From Setoptus koraiensis (lineage: Eukaryota > Animalia > Arthropoda), in assembly GCA_048013815.1 (NCBI GenBank), contig CM106586.1, positions 744,001 to 808,000 of the forward strand: 64,000 nucleotides of DNA. The letters are read 5' to 3'. The position numbers were made by a program, and so were the translations under genes. Positions 12,607 through 23,859 of the stretch are shown here, piece by piece; the stretch's first letter is position 1, and every line of letters begins with the position of its first letter. The notes beneath the pieces were generated by a model that did no database searches, was not told the DNA's origin, and saw only the letters and a list, made by a program, of their open reading frames with translations.

Positions 12607-13788
12607 GATTCAGTGTTTTTAGAAAAGTAATCGCTAGTACCTTAGAGCTTGTTGGACATGTTAATAGAAGATCGCGACTCGCAAAAGCACTCGCCGACCG
12701 TGGAGGAAGTAAGCTCCAGAATATGGTGAGAACAAGATGGTACTCAATGATTCAAATTCTGGAGTCTGTGCTCTCCAACAGTGCGATTATCTGCCATTTA
12801 TTGAATCATTCAAGAAGTGAATTTTCAGCAGACATCTTGCTAAATATGACCAGTGGACATTACTGGCAAACGATGAATAGTATTATGCAGATCTGTAAGC
12901 CTCTCGCAGACTTGATTTTCTTGGTTGAGTCAAATACATGCACACTGGATGATTTCTTTCACGCGTTCGTATCGTATGGCGTATCAATTCATAAATTAAG
13001 TAACACATCAATGAGAGAACATTTCGTGGAGACATATACAGCAAGATTCAACCAACTAGATCATAGCCTTCTTTTCACAGCCTATTTTCTCTCACCAAAA
13101 TATAAGCAGCAATACTTGAGGAAAGAGGCGAAAGAACTCGTTTTTGAACACTTATTACTCAAACTCGCCGCAACAAACACCTCGGATGAATGCGCCGAGA
13201 AGTTCAGTGCAGACTTCGTTAGGTATTCAAAACGCAATGGCTGTTTTGCCATGCCCGCAGATGACGATCCCGACTGGTTGTATAGTCTCCCTGAGCTTGA
13301 GAGTGGTTTTGAGAAAATTGGACAAAGATATGCCTGCTTAGTACCTTCTTCTGCTGAAACTGAACGTCAGTTTGTTCAGTTATACAAGATGGTTCATGAG
13401 TGACAGGCGGAATGGTCTGAGCGTGGCGTCGCTTGAAGAGGCCTGCATTCTCAGATACCATTACCGGATGGGGAAACTGGTGAAGGACAAGGCACAGCAT
13501 GACACATTTGTCATAAGCCCTGATGTGTCATCTGAATTTCTGCGTGAGAACATCGAAACTGAAGAGATCGTGGAAGATGAAGCCGTCTATATTGATCTCG
13601 ATATTTTTGATCAAGAGTCACCGTCAAGTCCACCATCGTTGAGAAATTTCTTTGCTGAATACATTGAAATCGAGGGCGCTCAGCTTGAACCACCACCGGC
13701 GAAAGTTTCAAGAACATCGTGGACGGTAGATGAGATGAAGAAGAAATATTTTCCAATGACCAAATTGAAAAATGTAAAAAACAAGTAA
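12607..13788 (+). pseudogene. hAT-family transposase, C-terminal half (frameshift near 13372)
   Basis: TRWYSM motif, AYFLSPKY, dimerisation-domain PSSAETERQFS...SDRRNGL; open frame from the gap. Confidence 0.8.
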
Positions 13789-15353
13789 TACTGATTGAAT
13801 CAGTATTTCGAGCGCTTAATTTTTTGTGTGGACAAGTATCGTTGAAGGATTCAAAGGAGTTTATGCCAACCTGTTAACGCTCGCAATCGAAGAATTGATG
13901 TAAGTGTGGAAGCTGAGAATACAAGAGACTTCAGCTATACCACTATGTAATGCCTTTCGGCGCAGACTAGACTAATTTAGCGCATAATTACAAGGATATG
14001 TCCACTCCTCAGCAATCATATAGTATGACTTAGTTATGTGCCTTTGACAGTATTAATTGTGCATGTAATAGCTGAGAACATGAGCATTCTCAGCTATCAC
14101 ATGCACAAGTGACATTGATGTGCACTTGCTTGTTTTCGCAGCATCACAAATTTTCGGACACCCATGTTCATGTGAATACTGGAATTTCTGAACATGTTCT
14201 CACCGTGAGACTTTCGTGAAAATTTGCACAGAGCACCAATACAATGCTAATAGTAATCTGTGCAAGTGACATTGATGTGCACTTGCCTGTTTTCGCAGCA
14301 TTGGAAATATCCGGATGTCTCAGTCCATATGAATACTGGAATTTCTGAACATGTTCTCACCACTGAATTTCCGCGAGAATTTGTACAGATGTATGATACA
14401 ATACTTGTGTCAATCTGTGCAAGTTTGATCAAAAGTTTATTCCCCGTTTTCGCAGCATCACAAATCTGCGGACACCCATGTTCATGTGAATATCGTGATT
14501 CCTGAATATGTTCTCACCCCTAGAATTTCGTGTAAATTTGCACAAGGCATCTCATCTGTTTGAAATTGTTCCTGTTTCTCTTTCCATTCTTCGCTATGTC
14601 TTCATTACGCATCTTCATCAATATCAAATTATTTTCCTCGTTGGGATCTGTCCATACTATTCTACTTTGTCCAATTATTAAATATCCTAGTTATCTACAA
14701 ATCATCTCTCTGTGTAAATAATAACGATTGTTTGCATGCATTCTTCTGCTATGCTCGATTCATCTGGTAAACATCTTACCCTCAGATATAATATTCATCT
14801 AATGTTTAGATCACACGCAACCTTCTTTGTGTGGTAATCATTCATGTTCAGTTGCAACTTCTGTCACCCAGTTTAACAGTAACTGTGCTACTGACGCCCA
14901 GCACTAGATAGCATCGCAGCATTGAGCGTGCTACTCTCGTCTAGTTTGATCTACACTAGCATTAACAGTGCTGAGAAGCAGTAGTTATTCTGAATAGCTT
15001 CTACTGTTCTACAATTTTCTAGTTCTGACGCCTCCAGCTTCCAGTGCACTAGATCCGGATTGTATACAGCTAGCCTTCTGCTGTGCTAAATTCATCTAGT
15101 GAGCATCTCAGCATTGAGCGTGCTAATCGCGTCTAGTTAGTTTTCGCGCGCATAGCATTCTGTGTGCTAAATTTAACTAATCAACATTGTAAGCTTTGAG
15201 TGTTCTAAATTTATCTAGTTTATTTCTCATAGTACAGCTTACACCGTGCTATTTTTTTCTAGTTAAAAAAAGCACTGATTTGTTCTACCCACGTGAATAA
15301 ACGTATCCATCCGACCCACATCAATAGCTACTTAATTAAAATTAAGCGCTAAA
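13781..15353 (-). mobile_element. Helentron-like HINE, complete
   Basis: 3' hairpin+ACTTGT (rc) at 13781; 5' TTAGCGCTTAATTTT (rc) at 15339-15353; inserted in an A-run, no TSD. Confidence 0.85.
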
Positions 15354-16252
15354 AATCAATAAAAGTCATTTAAAAATAAATTTATATACAATATAACTAG
15401 TAAGTGTCGACTAATCATTGCTCGCGTTCGAAACGCATAAGAAAGGCCTGCCCAGTAGCGGAACGACCCCAATATCACTATTGGAGTCCCTCGCTCATTG
15501 CACATTCTTGCGCACTTTGCGCAATATGCCTTACACAGGTTTTGGCTCAGGGCCTCTCTTTCATCAGCGAATTTGGGGTCGTTTTACCAGGCTTCTCAAA
15601 CTTTTCTTCACTTTCTATTGTTCTTCGAGGCAAGGCCGATTTGAACCAGAAGTCAGATCGCTGCTCAATGCAGTAGGAAGGCCTGCGCAGCTCTGCCCGG
15701 GCATGCCCGGCTGCCCGTCTCCTGCCCAAGAATTACTGCCCGTGTCGTGCCGTGGTTTGTGCGGCTAAAGGGAGTGACGGGATTTATTATTAATTTGTTC
15801 GCCGAATCATATGATAATTAGTTCGTATATGTTATTCTTATTTTGGTTAATGAAGCTTTATTTAGTGATGTAATTTACAACGGATGTCGTTAATGTCTTT
15901 TCGTGTGTTTCTTCATCAAAATCTTGATGTTCAATGATTGTCTCTCGACCCGGTATCGATCGATATATTTTCCTTCTCTCCGAATGTTAATGTTGCGTTA
16001 TTCAATGTTTGTTGGTCTCCTTTTTAAGCTGGGCTCGCCTAATAATCTAGTTGGCTGGCGCCAACTAGATTGTTGCCGGGGAAAGTTGAAACCCTTTGTT
16101 CTTGCCAAGTCATTGGCGCCTGTGCGGGAGCGGCGAGGCGTAGTGCGCGTAGGTGTGCGCGTGGTGGGTGTGTGCGATGTGCGGTGCGGCATGACACCCG
16201 GCTGCCCAATTCGGGCATGCCCAACTCGGGCATGCCCATGCCCCCAGCACTA
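15354..16252 (+). mobile_element. hAT 3' subterminal region and right TIR
   Basis: GGGCATGCCC and CACGGCAC subterminal repeats; ends TGCCCCCAGCACTA. Confidence 0.6.
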
Positions 16253-16369
16253 GCATGGATTAACACTAACACCATTGCTCCCAAACAGTGGAAGCTGGAA
16301 GTACCGCCCTCGCGGATTTCTTCTATATCGGGCAAACCCAATAAACAAACTCTGAAAATAAGGTGAGGG

Positions 16370-16560
16370 TGTTGGATATACGTTTCTGTGCTTATTAGCT
16401 GTGCAATCCTCACTATGTTCAGGCAGACTGTGCGCACTATAAATAGAACGGCACAGACTCTTGCTAATACATTGGTTGTCTAAGAAACGAACAGAACACA
16501 TCTAACTTTTTGCACATACAAATAAATACCAAACATAAATACACTGAGCTTTATTCTAAT
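16370..16560 (+). mobile_element. Putative copia LTR followed by PBS-like TGGTTAACAG
   Basis: Starts TGTTGGATATA; TATAAATA ~16438, AATAAA ~16521; directly upstream of gag; 3' end degenerate. Confidence 0.55.
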
Positions 16561-16627
16561 TGGTTAACAGCCAAAATAGCAGAAGCCAGCTCACACGCGA
16601 CCACCACGACAAAAAAAAAACAACCAG

Positions 16628-19292
16628 TATGGCGCAAAAACAAACAACAAATCAAACTCAACGGTGCGAATTTCCAAGTTTGGAAATTTCAAATAAAAAG
16701 AATAATAAAGAACAAGAAACTCGACGGAGTTGTGTACGAGAAAATCAAAATCGAAGACATGGCGAAACAAGATATAATCGACAAAGACGCGGAGGCGCAA
16801 GAAATACTGGCTACCTCAATCGAATCAAATGTTGTTCAAAAGATATTGAACTGCAACTCCGCGTTCGACATCTGGGACAGATTAAAAACAATCTACGAGC
16901 TCACAGGCGACGGGAACCTCGAAAACTTACTGAATAACTTTTTCACGATGGGCGAGGAAGAAGATGTCGCAGACTACATAGGTAAGCTAGAAGAGTTAGC
17001 GGTGGAGATTAAGAGTCTCGGAGAAGACCTGTCAGAGAAGATCCTGTTTCGTAGCTCCCTATCCAATGGTAGCAAGTGCAACATCACGCTCAAAGATGTT
17101 CTATATGTGCCAGGAATTACACACAATTTGGTGTCCATAGGAGAGGCGACGAAAACAGAGAACTTGGTGGTGTTCAAGGGGTCCAACTGTCAGATACTGA
17201 CTACGACCCAAAATGAACCCATAATCGAAGGAAAAATAGATCAGCACACTGGTCTGTACAAACTCGCCATACAACCGGTTGTAACTGCGGCTCTACTTGT
17301 GACCCAAACTCGCACCAAAATGGAGTGGCACAAAGCATTAGACCACCTCAATCAATGTCAAATTGAGGACATGTACAAACAAAATGCAGTTGACGGCATG
17401 ATACTCGAAAATCAAAAACAAACAGAAGACCCTGTATGCACTGACTGCATGCGTGGGAAAGGGAGTCACGTACCTCATCCGGTTATAGTGCAGAATAGCG
17501 CCACAGTTTTTTTGGGTATTTTTGGATATTTTCGGGTAGCGTATTGTACCCTGATACCGTTGTGAGTATTCCGGAAGTGCGGAAATTCCCAGTTCCTGAG
17601 ATAACCGACGTACCGCATGGGAGGCGTTTCTCGATACCCGACGTCCGCTATCGGTCTCTGGGGTATTTTTTTGAGGTATTTTGGGTATTTTTGGGTAGAG
17701 CGGCCTCTGGTGATCAGACATGTGAACTTTGGAAGTTGATGAAAGCGAACATATCCATAGGGGCGACACCAACATTTTGAGAGATTTTACGGCTTCGCCG
17801 TATTCAGAAACATGGCTGAGACTGATCTGAAGACTCGGCCTGCGGCCTCGTAGTCTGGAGGCCGTCACATCTCCGTCGTCGCTCCCGCGACGACTGCGTG
17901 CGACGGGAACCCTTCGGGTAGGGTTGATGAGCGCTTCGGGTATCGGGCTACGCCCTCTACCCTCCGCTCAAGTGACTGCAATTCATTTACTACGGCGGGT
18001 TCATGTCCTACACGGAGATTTGTTCGAATATCTTGAGAACCGGAAGTTGAATAATTCTGTAAATTATGCCAGTGTGCTCTCCATACTCTGACCTAGCTGC
18101 ATATCGAGTTTTAAGCCTGTATCTTGAATTTCATGTAAAACCGGAACCGGAAGTTTCCGCACTTCCGGACTAGTCAAACTGTTGTCAGGGGGCCCTACGG
18201 GTCCCATGTGGGAAGTTTTATCGACATCGGAGTGTGGCGCTATTCTGCACTAAACCCCCTCATCCGAGCTCAACTAGGATCAAGGCACTAATCCCTGGCG
18301 AAGCCGTTCACGCAGACTTGATCGGTCCAGTGACACCTACAAGCCTAGGAGGCAGTCGCTTTGTCCTCCTCTTCACAGATGAGTACAGTAGATATAGAAA
18401 TGCTTATTTTATTCAAACAAAAGACCAAGTTTTCAAACACATCGAAGAATATATCACCACAGTAGAAGTCGAGACAGGTCACAAACTCAGAACTCTCTAC
18501 ACAGACTGTGGTACCGAGTTCTGCAACAGTAAGGTAGAAGCAATTCTGAGCATAGAACACGTGAAACTCCAGACCAGTTCGCCCTATACTCCAGCTCTAA
18601 ATGGAGTTGCTGAGCGATCAAATCGTACAGCGATAGAGTCAACTCGGAGTATGATAAGTGCAGCAAACCTTCCGAAAGAACTTTGGAGCGAAGCGTTCAA
18701 CGCTGCAGTATACACACTAGAACGACCAACCAATCAAGCCGCGACAAGACCCCATACGAAAAATGGACGAACAGGAAGCCCAACATAGCCCATTTACAAG
18801 TGTGGGGCTCACCGGTCCAGGTATTGATAAATCCGAGAAAAGGATCTAAGTGGGACCCCAAAACCGTTCAGGGTTTTATGGTAGGGTATACCAACAAATC
18901 GAATACGTATCGCTGCTATGTCCCGAGCGACAACAAAGTAAAAATAACGTGCGACGTGATTTTTGAACGACAGCAGCCAACCGACGTCCATAAAGCAACA
19001 CAACCTCTGCACGAGCAAACAGAGAGCACTTGGACAAACAAGACGTCGGAACGCCTTGATCGTCCCACAACTCACACGACTACAGATGAGAGTCTATTTT
19101 CTGAGCAGGCCTTGAGTGAGACCATCGAGAGCCCAGACTATAGCAATCTCACAGTGGACAAGAGTACAGGTCCAATCAACTCTACGCTTGAAGCCCGAGA
19201 CGGACAATTAACTAATTCCCCAAACGCTGATGAGCCTGCCACAAACAAACTAATTATCTATCAACCGTCTGCGACGGATACACCGTTACTGA
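16628..19292 (+). pseudogene. Ty1/copia gag - pre-integrase - integrase (internal deletion; interrupted by MITE 17481-18257)
   Basis: KLNGANFQVWKF, AFDIWDRL gag; VLYVPGITHNLVSI; WHKALDH..CTDC; HADLIGP, TDCGTEF, NGVAERSNR integrase. Confidence 0.9.
17481..18257. mobile_element. GG-ended MITE, complete
   Basis: TIR TAGTGCAGAATAGCGCCAC; perfect TSD CCTCATCC. Confidence 0.9.
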
Positions 19293-19881
19293 CAAGGAAA
19301 CCCGTATCCCTCCAGTTCATCGATGCTATCGACATCGAAACGCTTGATTCACCGACAAAAATTCATCTTTATTCAGTTCAACCTGCTACGATTCACCGAC
19401 ACTATCGACATCGACACGCGATTAATCGAATTCCACGACACCGAAACGATCATTCATCGACGCTATCGACGTCGAAATGCTCGATTCGCCGACAAAAATT
19501 TAAAGCCATTCAGTTCGCTACCCGGTCCATTGCGGGCCCCGCCCTCGGGACTCCCAGCCCTCGGGAAGAATCATTTTTAGTTTGGTGGCCGTCAGTCGTC
19601 CCGCCTACGGCCGCAGGCCGTAGGCGTGGACGACTGGAGGCCGAACCCCACCTCCCGCCGGGCCCAAAGCTGCATGGCAGGCATGCCCTGAGGCAGCAGC
19701 CGAAGTAGGCCGTCGTCTTTTTTAGAGTACAGGAGGCTATTTGAGGCAATGAGATAAAGATTGAGCAATGTTTATTTATTTCTGGTTTGAATATGACTGC
19801 ATGTGCATGTCATTATAGTTTTTCTACAACTTGTTTGCACCGATTTTTCTATAATAATGAGAATATTTGCTGCTCATCCAC

Positions 19882-21387
19882 TTACAAATCTATCAAAGAT
19901 TTGATTTGCTGGCCTATAGCGGTTAGAAATTCCTCTGTCGAACGTTGTGCTCTACTTGACATTATTTCTAATATCTGTTTCTCTTTTGCATTGTATTTTT
20001 TGCTGATTGCGCAATCCTCGCCTCGGTTAACACGGTCCATCAGTCCTTGTTGGTGATGAGCCTCGCTTCTTAAATGTGTGATGAGTTTGAATACGCCCGG
20101 ATGAGCGATACCAATAACCTGTTTTATTCGACGATGCCAGGCCTCGACAGAATTTTGTGTGCGCGGTAGGCCTTCGAATACCAGATCTTTTATGGACCAA
20201 AAATCCGGTAAGAATCGGGTAAGTCCTTGGCTTTGTGAGCTTCGTGAAGGACTTTCAATGTAGTTGTCTCTGAAATAAACCAAGAATTCTGATACTCTGG
20301 CATCATCTGACATGCCACTGGCAATGTTTTCGAAGGCTTCTTCGATTTCAAATGGTTCTAGAAAGGCAAGCGATATTATTTTGCGAACATCACTTACAAA
20401 CTTTTCATCCTCACCATACAGTCTTTTCAATCCTCTCGCTACAATCGCGCGGTATATGATCTGTCCAAAGTGGAACAGACAGCCTCTTTGCTTTGCTACC
20501 GGAAATTCGTCTTTACACGCCCGGATAGCAGCCCTTTCGAAATCCGAAAGTATAAATCTCGGCTCGAAAACTAGCTGCTCTTTTATACAGTAGCTCTTGA
20601 GATCTTGAATTAGTTTTTTGTAGAGTGCGACGGTTTTTGAGCTCATGAGAGCAAAAACTAGTGGGAAGGCTCTTCGTTTCGACCCGGCTCCAACCATCCC
20701 AAATATGCTGTAGAGCTGATAAAACATTTGCGGAACTACATAAAATGTACCATCCATTATAAGCATCTCAGATGAGGCCAGGTACGTGAGTGACTGTTTT
20801 GTACCGAATGAAATAACCCTGTGCGCTCCTACAACTGAATCCGCGATGAGGAATGGTCCTCCGTCGATTGCTGTCGCAATATCTTCTGGTATGACCAATT
20901 CATCTATATTCGATGGCTCCTTTATTGTGTCGGTCTGCTTCCTTACTCTTCTGATGATCTGGGCCTCGGCTGATGTGCTTGGCATTGTTGCCAACACCTC
21001 TCTCGAGGCTTCAGAATGCACTCGCGAAATTATCTGGCACGGTTTTGCGCTTCCTGTAGCCATCTCCTTGATTTTATGAATCAAGTCTCCACGCGCCTTC
21101 TTGCTTACCGATGGCGGATGGTCGTGTTCGCCGGATTCGGAATGGTAGTGGTGCTCTTGATTTACTAGAATTGTCTGCAGACGGCCTGTGCAACGTCTGG
21201 TGAAATACTCGGTGCATTTCCAGTAAAACTTATCCTCTCTGTTGCGGTCTTTGTAATAGGAGAACCCCTCAACAATCAAAAGTAACTTACCTTTTTCGGT
21301 ATATGTTGTTGAAACTGTTTTTGTTTCAGTGTCGGTTGTCTCGGTGTCCATGGTGTCATCTTGGTTCGAATCGAATGTTTTATCCAT
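19882..21387 (-). CDS. MULE (Mutator-like) transposase with FLYWCH zinc finger, 501 aa, intact
   Basis: EGFSY..FYWKC..C..HDH; IMDGTF, ILSDFE, CLFHF, TQNSVEAWH catalytic motifs. Confidence 0.92.
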   Translation of the reverse strand: MDKTFDSNQDDTMDTETTDTETKTVSTTYTEKGKLLLIVEGFSYYKDRNREDKFYWKCTEYFTRRCTGRLQTILVNQEHHYHSESGEHDHPPSVSKKARGDLIHKIKEMATGSAKPCQIISRVHSEASREVLATMPSTSAEAQIIRRVRKQTDTIKEPSNIDELVIPEDIATAIDGGPFLIADSVVGAHRVISFGTKQSLTYLASSEMLIMDGTFYVVPQMFYQLYSIFGMVGAGSKRRAFPLVFALMSSKTVALYKKLIQDLKSYCIKEQLVFEPRFILSDFERAAIRACKDEFPVAKQRGCLFHFGQIIYRAIVARGLKRLYGEDEKFVSDVRKIISLAFLEPFEIEEAFENIASGMSDDARVSEFLVYFRDNYIESPSRSSQSQGLTRFLPDFWSIKDLVFEGLPRTQNSVEAWHRRIKQVIGIAHPGVFKLITHLRSEAHHQQGLMDRVNRGEDCAISKKYNAKEKQILEIMSSRAQRSTEEFLTAIGQQIKSLIDL

Positions 21388-21422
21388 TGAAGTCTTGATT
21401 ATATTGATCGGATATTGGACAC

Positions 21423-21725
21423 GAAGCTAATTGATGAACAATACTTGATGAAGTGTAACGAGTTGAATAATACTTTTGTTTGTTTGAAGAAGTTGACACG
21501 AAGCGAATTGATGAATGATATTTGATGAAGTGTAACGAGTTGAATAATACTTTTGTTTGTTTGAAGAAGTTGTCACGAAGCGAATTGATGAATAATATTT
21601 GATGGAGTGTAACGAGTTGAATAATACTTTTGTTTGTTTGAAGAAGTTGTCACGAAGCGAATTGATGAATGATATTTGATGAAGTGTAACGAGTTGAATA
21701 ATACTCTTGTTTCTTTGAAGAAGTT
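21423..21725. repeat. Tandem repeat, 77-bp unit, ~4 copies
   Basis: AAGCGAATTG recurs at 21501, 21578, 21655. Confidence 0.85.
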
Positions 21726-22262
21726 GGTCTATTTGAAGAACTTGCAACATATAGCACGAGCGAGTTGCTCGTGCTCTTGCGACATGTCCGCAACCAATGT
21801 CTGTTGCTGGGCCCGGGCAAGATGTTGCAACAATTGTGTAGCGAGCAAACATGTAGAAGATGACCTTTGCTACATGTTTGTTCGCTGCACAATTGTTGCA
21901 ACATCTCGCCCGGGCCCAGCAACAGACATTGGGCTGGGGGTCGAGTGGGCAGGGCCCGCAAGTTGCAAACCTTTTCCAAAGAATGAACAAGAATGAAGAG
22001 AAAGGTGCAAGACAACGGAGAGTGAGCGACAGAGAGCTAGCAAGTTAAAAGTGTCGTCGGATTTATTCATTTTATAGTTGGTACAAATTAGAAGTTGAAT
22101 ACAATTAAATCATCATTTGATTCTGTCTTGGTGTTGCCATGTGTTCCTGTTTTAAGGTTTTCCTGTCATCTGGTTTTCCTGTTTTCCTGTCATTTTGTTT
22201 TCCTGTTTTCTTGTCATCTTGTTTTCATGTTTAATCCGTTAATTAGTTGCGTATTGGCTACA

Positions 22263-22742
22263 CTATTCATCAGAATTAGCATCGTCTGCCGCATTTTTCG
22301 AAGCAATTGCCACTACTGAATCGAACAAAAACTTCAGCAGGAAAACCTGGCGTTTCTTTCGCGATCTTCCTCCAAATTCTCTTTCAAATTCAGCCTCTCT
22401 TTCAATTTGTTGCCATTGCTCTTCAAAAGGATTGTCATGAGGATTGTTGACATTAGAGTTCAAGGCAGGATTATTATTGGTTGGCGCAGGATGAGTATGG
22501 ATTGGGACAGGATGAGTATGGATTGGGACAGGATGAGTATGGATTGTGACAGGACGGCTATATGGTACTGTATTGGTTGGACGACGCGCCGTTTCCTTGA
22601 AGTTATACTGCCTGTTATACTTATTAGGTAGCGTCGCTGGCCGGCGTCTTGGTGGTGGATTCAAGCCAACAGCCACAAATGACGAAATAAATATAACAGC
22701 AATCATAATGAGTGCGAACTTCTGCATCTTGCTTGGTGACAT
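22263..22742 (-). CDS. Secreted prepro-peptide-like protein, 159 aa (MULE cargo)
   Basis: Signal-like KFALIMIAVIFISSFVAVG, PIHTH repeats, acidic spacer, RSRKKR furin-type site, hydrophobic QVFLLKFLFDSVVAIAS; minus-strand TATAAATA at ~22855 with TCATTT downstream. Confidence 0.7.
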   Translation of the reverse strand: MSPSKMQKFALIMIAVIFISSFVAVGLNPPPRRRPATLPNKYNRQYNFKETARRPTNTVPYSRPVTIHTHPVPIHTHPVPIHTHPAPTNNNPALNSNVNNPHDNPFEEQWQQIEREAEFEREFGGRSRKKRQVFLLKFLFDSVVAIASKNAADDANSDE

Positions 22743-23859
22743 TTTGTTGGTTGCAATCTTCTATAGTTATTACTGACAATTTTGTTGGTTGCTATCTATT
22801 GTTATCAATGCTAACTATCTAATGAAATGATGCGATGGAGTGGTGCGCGCACCAGTATTTATACCCATTGATTTCAACCAACTCGACTCGACTTTACGAC
22901 CTTTCAGGGTGACCTTTCTCGGTGACCTTTCTTGTAGTTGTTGGACCTGCCCGGGCCCACGATAAGTGCGGGCTCAAGATAAAGATGGGCCCTTTCGACA
23001 CGCGCCTAAATCGACAGGAATTCCTCGCGGTTCGGCATGAGAATAATAAACGTGTTGTCTCCTTTGGGTCGCGCCAAGAAAATGTCGTTCTACACGTCTG
23101 CAAAGAGACGCTACACGCACGCCGCCAAATTCAATAAAGATGGGCTCTATCGACACGCGCCTAAATCGACAGGAATTCCTAATCGCGGTTCGGCATGAGA
23201 ATAATAAACGTGTTGTCTCTTTTGGGTCGCGCCAGGAAAATGTCGTTCTACATGTCTGCGAAGAGACGCTTCACGCACGCCGCCAAATTCAACAATCCTC
23301 ATGACAATCCTTTTCCGAAATCGATCATTTCATCGACAGAGGGGTTCAATTCATCGAACCATCCATTCGAATTTGATCGATTCAATTTGTCGATGAAACC
23401 TATGTCGGTGAATTGAATGAAACTAATTTGAATCGATGGTTCGATGAATTGAACCCCTCTGTCGATGAAATGATCAATTTCGAGCAATTCTTATTTCGAT
23501 AAACAAAGTGTCGATGAATGCATCGTGTCGGTGAATCGTAGGGCACCCAAGGAAACCTATTCAGCTGATAGACTCAGATTGAGTCCTCGTTAGCCTAGAT
23601 CGACTCAGCTCGAGGAGCTGAGCAAAATGGGTCTATACCTAGCCCCGTTTTATCCCGACTTTTTGCAATTTTCCGATAAAAATTTCAAAGTTCTATACCC
23701 TATTTGATATGACTAGAGATGCTCCAGAGAGCGTCAGAAAGGCAATTTTAGAGGAGTTTTAATTCAAAGTTTTCAAAGTTCAGAGTTTTATTTGTTGCTA
23801 CAATTTGTCACGCGTGACTGATACAAACTTAAGCCTATGCTCGTATCTCTCCATCGCAA

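Larger units (their letters stand above)
19303..23548 (-). mobile_element. MULE element with transposase and cargo gene
   Basis: 9-bp direct repeat AAGGAAACC at 19294-19302 and 23549-23557; degenerate TIRs with inverted TTCAYCGA arrays. Confidence 0.75.

Noticed and set aside
3095-16252. Single 13-kb hAT element between matching TIRs
   Set aside because: Flanks ACTCTCAC and GCATGGAT are not a TSD, and a scaffold gap intervenes
16039-16501. Possible ORFs (FARY resembling a SET motif)
   Set aside because: Overlap the LTR and hAT end; no other SET motifs
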